Assembly (NCBI GenBank): GCA_965207885.1
Contig: OZ242311.1
Location: 4,736,001 to 4,800,000 of the forward strand
Length of the DNA: 64,000 bases
Source of the DNA: Candidatus Latescibacterota bacterium
Lineage (GTDB): Bacteria; Latescibacterota; UBA2968
Direction: 5' to 3'
Under the pieces are notes generated by a model that was not told the DNA's origin, did no database searches, and was given only the letters and a program-made list of their open reading frames with translations. Of the stretch, positions 49,234 to 57,494 are shown in pieces. The stretch's first letter is position 1; the number at the start of each line of letters is the position of its first letter. The translations under genes and the position numbers were made by a program.

Positions 49234-50049
49234 ATGTACACAGAGCACAATGTTCGTCAAACCATCGCCATCCTGGTCACTACAGCCCTCCTGCTCATCG
49301 CGATGGCTCCCACACTTGCCCACGCAGCCACATATCTACAAGGCACTGAGGTCAATACCAACACGTTGGTCCAAGATGCCTACGTTGCAGTCACCTATTA
49401 CGACAGCAAAGACAAACAGAAATTGGCGAAGGGATGGATTGATGCGATTGGCGATAGCACGTTTACCATTCGCAGCGGAGGCATTAGAAACAGAACGGTC
49501 ATCGCCTACGACAGCGTTATCGCCGTGATTATGAGCGATGAATCAACCGTCCCTGTAAAGCAGATGAATGACGTGAATCGGTTTATTAGAGAAAACAATA
49601 AAGAAGAAATTTTGAAACAGCCCGATAAAAAAAATGGCAATAAATGGTCGGCTGGCTTTTTTGGCGGTGTTCTTTTAGGAGCAACGGGAGGGCTTATTGG
49701 ATTCACAGTTGCAGAAGACTGCCCAGAAGATGGAGATTTTTGTGGTCCGGGTTTTGCTGCTGTTTCCTTGGGCTATATAGGTTACGTAATCGGCGTGCCT
49801 ATAGGTGTGAGCATAGTGTCATCTGATCCCATACCGCCAATGTTAGGTAGTGGAATGGGAGTCGTAGCAGGCTGGTCAATGACTACTACGCTCTCCGATA
49901 AGCTCTGGCCCTCGGTGCTGATCTGTCCATTAATTGGAGCGGTGATGATGTCCGAGTTGTCAGATGCCTTTAAAGTTCGCCGTTTTTCTGTGGGACTGGC
50001 ACCTAATTCGGATGGAAGATTATCAGCGATTGCTACGTTTCGGTTTTAG
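49234..50049 (+). CDS. Chimeric array gene: family A N-domain fused to family B C-terminal module
   Basis: ATYLQGTEVN...KQMNDVNRFI followed by CPEDGDFCG, KLWPS and RRFSVGLAPNSDGRLSAIATFRF. Confidence 0.8.
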   Translation: MYTEHNVRQTIAILVTTALLLIAMAPTLAHAATYLQGTEVNTNTLVQDAYVAVTYYDSKDKQKLAKGWIDAIGDSTFTIRSGGIRNRTVIAYDSVIAVIMSDESTVPVKQMNDVNRFIRENNKEEILKQPDKKNGNKWSAGFFGGVLLGATGGLIGFTVAEDCPEDGDFCGPGFAAVSLGYIGYVIGVPIGVSIVSSDPIPPMLGSGMGVVAGWSMTTTLSDKLWPSVLICPLIGAVMMSELSDAFKVRRFSVGLAPNSDGRLSAIATFRF

Positions 50050-50288
50050 ATAGCTGTCGTTCAGATGTAAATCAGCGGGTCTATGCCGTCAATGCCATCT
50101 CTGTCTATGACGGATTGCTGAACATCCGCAAGATTATTTCCCGTATTGCCGGATTCATTAAAATAAATTAGATACATTGGAGTCTCACGTTTCACATACG
50201 CTGTTTTGCTTGTTCGATTACTTGTTCGGTAGCTTGTTCGGTTTCCTTCCTGAGCGACTGCAAGAACCTGAATCGTTACTAATTTTTT

Positions 50289-51056
50289 TTAGTTCCCAGA
50301 ATCCAACACCCGGAATCCATACCGCTGAAAGACCGTAGCCGCTGTGTCTGATTGAAAAAAGTGCATGGCGGCTTCGACTGTTGGTGTGCGTCGTCCTTTT
50401 ACGATGGCGATTGGATAGACAATGGGTGTGTGCAATAGGGAGTCGGGAAGTGTGGCAATGACTGCGACGCCATCGCTGATTGTCGCATCTGTGGCATAGA
50501 CAATGCCGGCGGCACATTCTCCGCGGGCGACCAGTGTGAGTGCGCCGCGTACGTCCATTGTCGGGGCGATGCGGTTTTTGAGCAATGTCCACCAGCCCAA
50601 TTTTTTCAGGGCTTCTACAGTGTAGATACCCGCAGGCACGTGAGATGGGTCGCCCAGGGCTAATTGTCCATCGAATGCGCTGGGGAAGTCAAAGTCTGCG
50701 TGGGGTTCGACAGAGAATTTTTCATTTTTGGGGGAGATAATTACGAGGGCGTTGCCCAGTAGATCGATTCGGGTATCGGGTTCGATCAATTTTTCCGTTG
50801 CCAAAAAATCCATCCATTTTACATTAGCTGAAAAATATATATCCGCAGGCGCTCCCTGGGCTATCTGTTTGGCGAGGATCGAAGAGCTGGCAAAAGACAT
50901 TCGCAACGATATGCCCTGTTTTTCTGCGGTTTTGGAGAGGTCTTGCAGTGCGCTTGTCAGGCTGGCTGCAGCATATACGGTGACGGGTTCGGCAAGGGCG
51001 ATTCCGCGCGTTGAGAAACAGGTTGCGATGAAGATGTAGATGAATAGTTTTTTCAT
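50289..51056 (-). CDS. modA: Molybdate ABC transporter substrate-binding protein
   Basis: VYAAASL, FASSSILAKQIAQGAPAD, GDPSHVPAGIY, GIVYATDA, PIVYP. Confidence 0.93.
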   Translation of the reverse strand: MKKLFIYIFIATCFSTRGIALAEPVTVYAAASLTSALQDLSKTAEKQGISLRMSFASSSILAKQIAQGAPADIYFSANVKWMDFLATEKLIEPDTRIDLLGNALVIISPKNEKFSVEPHADFDFPSAFDGQLALGDPSHVPAGIYTVEALKKLGWWTLLKNRIAPTMDVRGALTLVARGECAAGIVYATDATISDGVAVIATLPDSLLHTPIVYPIAIVKGRRTPTVEAAMHFFQSDTAATVFQRYGFRVLDSGN

Positions 51057-51073
51057 GGGATAAGGAGAATAGT

Positions 51074-51721
51074 ATGTCCGATTTTTGGGTTCAAGATAGC
51101 GAGACGATGTTGTTGATTGGCGATAGTATTACGGATTGTGGTCGGCGTGCGGCTGAGGCACCGCTGGGCAGTGGATATGTGCGGGCGTTTACTGAGATTG
51201 TGACGGCACAGTTTCCCGAGCGAAAGATCGCGTATATCAATAAGGGTATTGGCGGTAATCGCGTGACGCATTTGCACGAGCGCTGGCGAGAAGACGTGAT
51301 TGATCACGCGCCGGATAAGTTGTCGATTAAGATCGGGATCAACGATTTGCACAGTCATTTGCGACAGGCGGAAGATGCGGTCCCGCCCGCACGATTTGAA
51401 GAATTGTACGATGCGATTTTGGATACGACACAACGGGAGATTGGGTGTCCAATTGTGCTGATTACGCCTTTTTATATTTCGACAGATACATCCGGACAGA
51501 CGTTCCAGAGTGAGGTTATGGCGTTGATTCCGGAGTATATCGACATTGTGGAGAAGATGAGCGAGAAGTACGGGACAAAGCTGTTGCGTTTGCACGATCT
51601 TTTCCAGGCGCATTTGAAATATAGAGGTTCAGAAACTTTTTGTCCAGAGCCTGTGCATCCCAATCGGACAGGACATTTTATCATTGCGGATGCGTTGTTT
51701 AAGATGCTTTGTGAAGGGTGA
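51074..51721 (+). CDS. SGNH/GDSL hydrolase
   Basis: IGDSITD, NKGIGGN, IGIND, EPVHPN. Confidence 0.9.
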   Translation: MSDFWVQDSETMLLIGDSITDCGRRAAEAPLGSGYVRAFTEIVTAQFPERKIAYINKGIGGNRVTHLHERWREDVIDHAPDKLSIKIGINDLHSHLRQAEDAVPPARFEELYDAILDTTQREIGCPIVLITPFYISTDTSGQTFQSEVMALIPEYIDIVEKMSEKYGTKLLRLHDLFQAHLKYRGSETFCPEPVHPNRTGHFIIADALFKMLCEG

Positions 51722-51768
51722 GACTGAGGGGCATACCATATCGGCTTTCTTCAATTGGAGGCATATCA

Positions 51769-52854
51769 ATGGACAAGCTCAAAATTGCACATATCGGCAC
51801 GGGGAATCGAGGGGCAAATGTGTATCTTCCGCTCATCGCCAAGTTGAAGGACGATCTTGAACTGGTCGCGGTTTGCGATGTAAGCGAAGATTCCGTCAAG
51901 GCGCAGGGCGCAAAGTATAACGTTGCTGCATACACAGATACTGCTGAGATGCTGGAAAAAGAGAAGCCAGATATTTGCTCCATCGTTATTACCCCGAGCA
52001 ATAATCATATCCCGGGGCTGTTGTGCTCTGAACATGGCGTGAGTTACTGCACTGAGACGCCGATTGACACAGACCTCGGCTGGGCGGATGAGATGATTGA
52101 GTCCGCAAAGCAGCACGGGACGAAGATTGAGGTCAATGAAAACTATTATCGCGTGCCATCGGAACGGATTAAACGCGAGATGATTCTGGCGGGTGTATTC
52201 GGCAAGATCAACGTTGCCTACAACGAATTTCGCGGACACGGGTATCACGGGATCGGCTTGATTCGCAGTTACGTCGGTTTTGATAACGAACCCCTTCGCG
52301 TGTTCGGTTTGCGAAAGAGCTTTACAGTGCAGGAGCACGTCTGGCGGCGAGGTCAGCCGACACGCGACTCAGAGGATTGGCAGCAAGGCGTTATCGAATT
52401 TGCCGATGGCGCAGTCGGGGTATTCAATTTCAGCAGTTTGTCTTATGGTTCGCCGCTTCGCGGTTTCAACGGCACGAAGTTCTACGCCGAGCGTGGGATG
52501 TGCTTCCGCGATGAAGCGGTCATTCTAAACGACACCGCCGATGAGCAACGCAAAATCACGGTTGTCCGCAAGACCAACGATGTCGATGGGTTTGAGACCC
52601 TCGCCGCTCTCGTGGCGGATACAACGCCGGAAGTGGTGTGGGAAAATCCGTTGCAAAATTATCCGCTCAGTGATGGCGAAATTACCGTTGCGTCAGAGCT
52701 GATGAGTATCGCAAATGCCGTTCGCAACGATACCGCGCCCGAATATGGGGCTTACAATGGTCGCAAGGACCGGGAGATTGACGTGGCGATGGCGATATCG
52801 TGGGCAAACGATGGTGAACCTGTGACGTTTCCATTTGAATACGAGCGGCGATGA
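51769..52854 (+). CDS. Gfo/Idh/MocA family oxidoreductase
   Basis: KIAHIGTGNRG, VAVCD, ETP, ENY; start MDKLK after ggagg. Confidence 0.85.
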   Translation: MDKLKIAHIGTGNRGANVYLPLIAKLKDDLELVAVCDVSEDSVKAQGAKYNVAAYTDTAEMLEKEKPDICSIVITPSNNHIPGLLCSEHGVSYCTETPIDTDLGWADEMIESAKQHGTKIEVNENYYRVPSERIKREMILAGVFGKINVAYNEFRGHGYHGIGLIRSYVGFDNEPLRVFGLRKSFTVQEHVWRRGQPTRDSEDWQQGVIEFADGAVGVFNFSSLSYGSPLRGFNGTKFYAERGMCFRDEAVILNDTADEQRKITVVRKTNDVDGFETLAALVADTTPEVVWENPLQNYPLSDGEITVASELMSIANAVRNDTAPEYGAYNGRKDREIDVAMAISWANDGEPVTFPFEYERR

Positions 52855-52858
52855 AGAT

Positions 52859-54163
52859 TTACGTCTTTAACTTTTTCAGTCGCTCTGCTGCTTCGCTCAG
52901 GCTGTCGAGGGTGCGGCAGAAGGCAAATCGCAAGTACCGGTCGCCTTCGCTGCCCGTTGCGTAGAAGTTGTCGCCGGGTACGGGGGTGACACCGATTTCC
53001 CGGGTCATGTACAGGGCGGCATCGGTTGCGTTCATGTCGCATAAGGTGGGAACGGAGCGGTAATCGGCAAAGAGGTAGTAGGAGCCGTCGGGTGGGGTGA
53101 TTTTGAATCCGGTGGATTGGAGGGCTTTGAGGAGTAGGTTGCGTTTTTGTAAGAATGGTTTGTGAATATTTTTGAAGATGGCGTCGGGCAATTGCAACAG
53201 GTGCTCGGCGCCTTTTTGCAATGGGGTGGGGGCTTGTACGACGAGGGTGTCGTGAACCGCGCGAATCCTCGGGGTGTGTTGTTCGGGCGATATGACCCAG
53301 CCGACGCGCCAGCCGCTGGCGTTGGCGGTTTTGGTGATGGCGTTGATGACGATGGTGCGCTTGGCCATTCCGGCGAGTGTTGCGGGGCAGATGTGGACGC
53401 TATCGCCGTAGAGGATGTGTTCGTAGATTTCGTCGGTGATTAAAAATAGGTCGTGTTCGCAACAGAGGTCTGCGATGAAGGCGAGTTCTGTTTCGGAGAA
53501 GACTTTGCCCGTGGGGTTGTGTGGCGTGTTGAGGATGAGTGCGCGCGCGCGTTTTGCCGCGATGGTCCATTCGTCTTTGTCGAGCACCCAGCCATCGCTT
53601 TTTTCGCGCAGGGTGACATATTCGCAGCGCAGCCCGAACAGGCTGGCCTGGTTGGGATACATTTCGTGAAAGGGTTGTAAGACGATGACGCTGTCGCCGG
53701 GATTGCACAGGGCGCGAAGTGTTGAGGAGAGGCCTTCGGTTGCGCCTGCGGTGACGGTGATTTGCGTTTCGGGGTTGGGAAGAAAGGCGTAGAATCGCCG
53801 GGTGTAGTCTGCGATGGCTTCCCGCAGTTCAGGCAATCCGTAGGGAAAGGAGTACTGGTTGTAGCGGTCGTGCTGGGGTTGGAGGATGGCGCAGAGGTCT
53901 TTGAGGGAATGGTTGAGGTGGTCGTTGCCCGCGTTGCGCACGAGGAGGTCGCAGAGGGTGAGCGCGTGCAATTGCTCGGCACCTTCATCTGAGCCACCCA
54001 GTATGGCGGCGATGCCCGCCCAGGCGAGGTCGTAGAGTACGGGTTCGTCTGTGATCCCCTGAGAGAGGTTCAAGGCATTGTGTTCAAGGGATAGACGGGT
54101 CATGCGCCGGATGACGGATTCTTGTGGGGAAGAATCTCTTATCCCAGCAATTTCTGTTCCCAT
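52859..54163 (-). CDS. PLP-dependent aminotransferase class I/II
   Basis: NLSQG, NTPHNPTGKV, TDEIYE, TKTANASGWRVG, LRFAFC. Confidence 0.88.
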   Translation of the reverse strand: MGTEIAGIRDSSPQESVIRRMTRLSLEHNALNLSQGITDEPVLYDLAWAGIAAILGGSDEGAEQLHALTLCDLLVRNAGNDHLNHSLKDLCAILQPQHDRYNQYSFPYGLPELREAIADYTRRFYAFLPNPETQITVTAGATEGLSSTLRALCNPGDSVIVLQPFHEMYPNQASLFGLRCEYVTLREKSDGWVLDKDEWTIAAKRARALILNTPHNPTGKVFSETELAFIADLCCEHDLFLITDEIYEHILYGDSVHICPATLAGMAKRTIVINAITKTANASGWRVGWVISPEQHTPRIRAVHDTLVVQAPTPLQKGAEHLLQLPDAIFKNIHKPFLQKRNLLLKALQSTGFKITPPDGSYYLFADYRSVPTLCDMNATDAALYMTREIGVTPVPGDNFYATGSEGDRYLRFAFCRTLDSLSEAAERLKKLKT

Positions 54164-55500
54164 GTTTTTATGTATTCTTCGGGCGATAGTTGACTGTCCG
54201 GCGCGCTTCGATGTTTGTCGTACATGTCTTCTGCTTGTGCTGCGATGACCTCTGGATCTTCGGGGATTTCGCCCTGGTCGCCGTATGTTTCGATCCAGTT
54301 GTCGAGGCGCGAGCGCAGGTCGTTGAGCGCGTTTTGATGGTCTGGCGATTCTGCGAGGTTTTCGACTTCGTGGGGGTCGGCTTGCAGGTCGTAGAGTTCT
54401 TCGTAAGGGCGATAGGGTGCGAGGAATTTTGCCTGTGCTTCGGTGAGTTTGCCTTCTTTGCCGAGCAGGGGAAGGAGTGTCCAGAGGGGGTATTGCTGGT
54501 ATTTGTAGCGGTTGAATTGCATGTAGGGGCGGTCGGGATGATAGTTGCGTATGTATTTGTAGTTTTTGGTGCGTACGCAGCGGATGCGATCTACTGTGCC
54601 GTCACATCGGTCGCGTGCTGAGTAGATTTCGCTGCGGGATTTTGTATCGGGACCGAGGAAGATGTTGCCTTCCATTTCCGGGGGGACTTCTAAACCCGCG
54701 AGCGAGAGCGCGGTAGGTGCAAGGTCTATGCCGCTGACGAGTTCGTCGCTTACGACGCCTGCGTCGATGTACCCGGGCCAGCGCACAATGCAGGGTATGC
54801 GAATGCCACCGTCGTACAGGAATTGTTTGTCGCGGATGTGCGCGCGTCCGTGATCGGCGATGAGGAAGACGATGGTGTTGTCGGCTACGCCTTCGTCTTC
54901 GAGGCGCTGGAGCACCTGTCCGACTTTGCGGTCGAAGACCTGGACGCTTTCGAGATACATGGCCCAGTCTTTTCTGATGAGGGGATGATCGGGATAATAA
55001 GGCGGAATTTCTACGGCGTCGGGATCGACGGGATTTTGCGGGTCGGGTGTGAAGTTGCGATGGGTGTCGGTGATGTTGTTCTGGGCGTAAAAGGGCTGGC
55101 CCTCTGCGCGTTGGGTCCAGTCTATGCCGTCAAAGACGCCATTCCGCTGGAAGTTGAAGTCGGTTTTACCGGATTTGTCAAAGGGCGGTCCCGGGCTGTT
55201 GCAGGTGTAATATCCCGCATCGCGGAAGTAGTCGGTGATGAGGCGAATGTGTTCGGGCAATGGGGTGTCGCGCTTGCTGCGGTGATTGTGCGCGCCAAAG
55301 CTGGTTTGATAGCGGCCGGTGATGATGGCCGATCTGCTCGGGGAACACACCGGGCAGGTGACAAATGCATTTGTAAATAGCGTGCCTTCCGATGCGAGTT
55401 TGTCGATGTTGGGCGTTTGCACTGCTGGCGTGCCATAGCAGGCGAGGTCGGGATAGAGGTCTTCGCCATAGATCCAGAGGATGTTGGGTTTAATGGGCAT
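54139..55500 (-). CDS. Sulfatase
   Basis: PNILWIYGED, CSPSRS, ADHG, RDRCD, ELYDLQADPHE. Confidence 0.9.
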   Translation of the reverse strand: MPIKPNILWIYGEDLYPDLACYGTPAVQTPNIDKLASEGTLFTNAFVTCPVCSPSRSAIITGRYQTSFGAHNHRSKRDTPLPEHIRLITDYFRDAGYYTCNSPGPPFDKSGKTDFNFQRNGVFDGIDWTQRAEGQPFYAQNNITDTHRNFTPDPQNPVDPDAVEIPPYYPDHPLIRKDWAMYLESVQVFDRKVGQVLQRLEDEGVADNTIVFLIADHGRAHIRDKQFLYDGGIRIPCIVRWPGYIDAGVVSDELVSGIDLAPTALSLAGLEVPPEMEGNIFLGPDTKSRSEIYSARDRCDGTVDRIRCVRTKNYKYIRNYHPDRPYMQFNRYKYQQYPLWTLLPLLGKEGKLTEAQAKFLAPYRPYEELYDLQADPHEVENLAESPDHQNALNDLRSRLDNWIETYGDQGEIPEDPEVIAAQAEDMYDKHRSAPDSQLSPEEYIKTWEQKLLG

Positions 55501-55549
55501 GATGAAAATCCATTCGTAAATGTGGTTCAGGTAGTTGGGTAGGACAATT

Positions 55550-55575
55550 GTAGGGGCAGGCCCCTGTGCCTGCCC
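55550..55575. repeat. REP-like palindrome
   Basis: GTAG + gggcaggc-ccctgt-gcctgccc; a degenerate relative occurs at about 62301-62327. Confidence 0.6.
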
Positions 55576-55587
55576 GTTGGGTGGTCT

Positions 55588-56391
55588 TTATCGCGCGCCG
55601 CACGCTTGCAAGGATGCCTGCATGTGTCCGCGAGTTTCCGCACCGATGATGCAACATTGCTCCAGGCTGTGTCCCTGTGCTTTTGTGCCGATGACTTCGA
55701 GGTTGACGGGTCCGCCGTAACCGTTTTCGTGCAGGACGCGGATATAGCCGACGAGGTCGATGTCGCCGCGGCCATTGGCCTGGTTTTCGGGGGCGCCTGG
55801 ACCGCGCTCGCGGCCTTTGCAGTCGCGGATGTGGACGTGTTTGACACGCGAGACGACAGCTGCGATGGCTTCTACTGGATTTTCGTTTGCGCGGTGGATG
55901 TGTGAGGGGTCCATGTCAATGCCAAAGGCGGGGGATGAGATAGCTTCCATCACGCGCAGGGTGGTTGGGGTGTTGTAGATGGCTGCGCCCACATGGGCTT
56001 TGACGCAGAGGGTTACGCCGTATTTTTCGGCTCTGTTGGCGAGGTTGCCGAGGGAGTCGATGCTTTGCTGGAAGGTTTCTTCATCATCTGATTTTCCACC
56101 CGGACCGCAATTGACGACGGGGATGCCGGCTTCGTTTGCCGCTTGAAATGCTTTTTCCATGGTGTCGGGATCTTGTCTGGGTTGTTCCATGGCGAGGAGT
56201 TCGAGGCCGTATTCACGCCCCAGACGCCTGGCTTCTCGGGCTGTTTCCTGCCAGTTGTCGAGGACGAGGTGCTGGCACATGCCGCTAATTGCCCCGACTT
56301 CTATGCCGTCGTATCCCGCCATGGCCGTGTACTTAAAAGCGGTTTCCATGTCCCACGCGCCAAAAAGAACTGAGTTGAGTCCGAGTTTCAT
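55588..56391 (-). CDS. Sugar phosphate isomerase/epimerase (TIM barrel)
   Basis: GYDGIE, DMDPSH, HVHIRD, GYGGPVNLE. Confidence 0.85.
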   Translation of the reverse strand: MKLGLNSVLFGAWDMETAFKYTAMAGYDGIEVGAISGMCQHLVLDNWQETAREARRLGREYGLELLAMEQPRQDPDTMEKAFQAANEAGIPVVNCGPGGKSDDEETFQQSIDSLGNLANRAEKYGVTLCVKAHVGAAIYNTPTTLRVMEAISSPAFGIDMDPSHIHRANENPVEAIAAVVSRVKHVHIRDCKGRERGPGAPENQANGRGDIDLVGYIRVLHENGYGGPVNLEVIGTKAQGHSLEQCCIIGAETRGHMQASLQACGAR

Positions 56392-56410
56392 GTTTCCTCC
56401 TGTAAGGGGT

Positions 56411-57466
56411 TTATTGGTTCTGCATCGCTGGCAGATCTGTGCGCGATCCTCGCACGTCTATCGCTTCTTTGGAGAGCCGAGCCTGAGGTGTTTCGCCTTT
56501 TAAGATTCGCTCGAAATCATCGCCAATTACTTCGGCGACTTGTAAGTTCGCATCTCGAGTGCGTCCGGCAATGTGGGGGGTGTGGACGACATTGACACGG
56601 TTTCGCAATAGATCGTCTGTAGGTACCGGCTCGTTGTCATATACGTCAAATGCACCGGCGAGTTCGTTGGTGATAATGCGCTCCCGCAATGCGTCCATAT
56701 CGACGGCGTGTGCGCGCGTGGTTATGACGATCAGGCTGCCTTTGCGCAATCGATAAATGCGTTCCCGCGATAGGATTTTTCTGGCAGATGGTGTTGGTGG
56801 TATGGTGACGACGATTATCTCGCATTCATCTACGAGGGTGTCCATTTCCACGCCTTCTACGCCGAGTTCATCCAACCTCGATTTTGGAATAAATGGGTCG
56901 TAGCCGAGGACGCGCGATCCGAGGGCGTTGCACCACATTGCCATCCTCCCGCCGATTTGTCCCAGTCCCATGACGCCGACGGTTTTGGTTCCCAATGTGC
57001 CGTTGACGAAATCTGGATTGTCGCAAAATTGCACGTATTCAAAATTCCACAGGCGTTCTCCCGATGCCATGCGTTTGTGCCATTGCGGTATCATGCGCAG
57101 GGCGTTTAATGTCAGGGCGAGTGTGATTTCTGCGACAGATGCCGCCCATGCACGCGTGCCATCAATGATGGGGATGTCGCGTTCAAACAGGCCATCGACT
57201 GGAAGAGAGCGATGGCCCCAATTATCCAGCACGCCCCCCACGGCTTTCAGTTCGGGCGCGCGTGCCAAACACACTTCTGTCAACTGTCCGCCAAATAGCG
57301 CAATGGCGGATACATGCGACAAATCCGTCAATTCCGAAAGTGGTAAGCCGCGCTCTACCTGTACCACGCGCACTTCATCTATTTCATTTAGCCGCGCCAT
57401 CAGTGCCTCTGGCACATACGGCCACGATCGTTCCAAATTTTTTGTCCGGGCAAACAAAATCGCCAT
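56411..57466 (-). CDS. D-2-hydroxyacid dehydrogenase family protein
   Basis: SVAE, GVMGLGQIG, YDP, DVYDNEP, TPHIAG. Confidence 0.87.
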   Translation of the reverse strand: MAILFARTKNLERSWPYVPEALMARLNEIDEVRVVQVERGLPLSELTDLSHVSAIALFGGQLTEVCLARAPELKAVGGVLDNWGHRSLPVDGLFERDIPIIDGTRAWAASVAEITLALTLNALRMIPQWHKRMASGERLWNFEYVQFCDNPDFVNGTLGTKTVGVMGLGQIGGRMAMWCNALGSRVLGYDPFIPKSRLDELGVEGVEMDTLVDECEIIVVTIPPTPSARKILSRERIYRLRKGSLIVITTRAHAVDMDALRERIITNELAGAFDVYDNEPVPTDDLLRNRVNVVHTPHIAGRTRDANLQVAEVIGDDFERILKGETPQARLSKEAIDVRGSRTDLPAMQNQ

Positions 57467-57494
57467 TATTCGTCCTTTCTATTGTAATTGTAGC

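Noticed and set aside
37458-50049. Integron cassette array (same-strand genes plus an antisense TA pair)
   Set aside because: I found no attC-like RYYYAAC...GTTRRRY palindromes between genes and no integrase; the shared DNA lies inside the coding ends.
30565-50049. Diversity-generating retroelement or shufflon
   Set aside because: No reverse transcriptase or invertase, no evident adenine-specific TR/VR pair, and the modules are not in inverted orientation.
50209-50240. cttgttcg x3 with a 12-bp period (minus strand reads TEQATEQVIEQA)
   Set aside because: Resembles linker repeats of some Fic/ATP-binding proteins, but the frame is short with no start, so it is too little to call.
51053-51613. 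Minus-strand ORF whose stop overlaps the modA start
   Set aside because: Fully antisense to a clear SGNH hydrolase with no recognisable features; probably coincidental.
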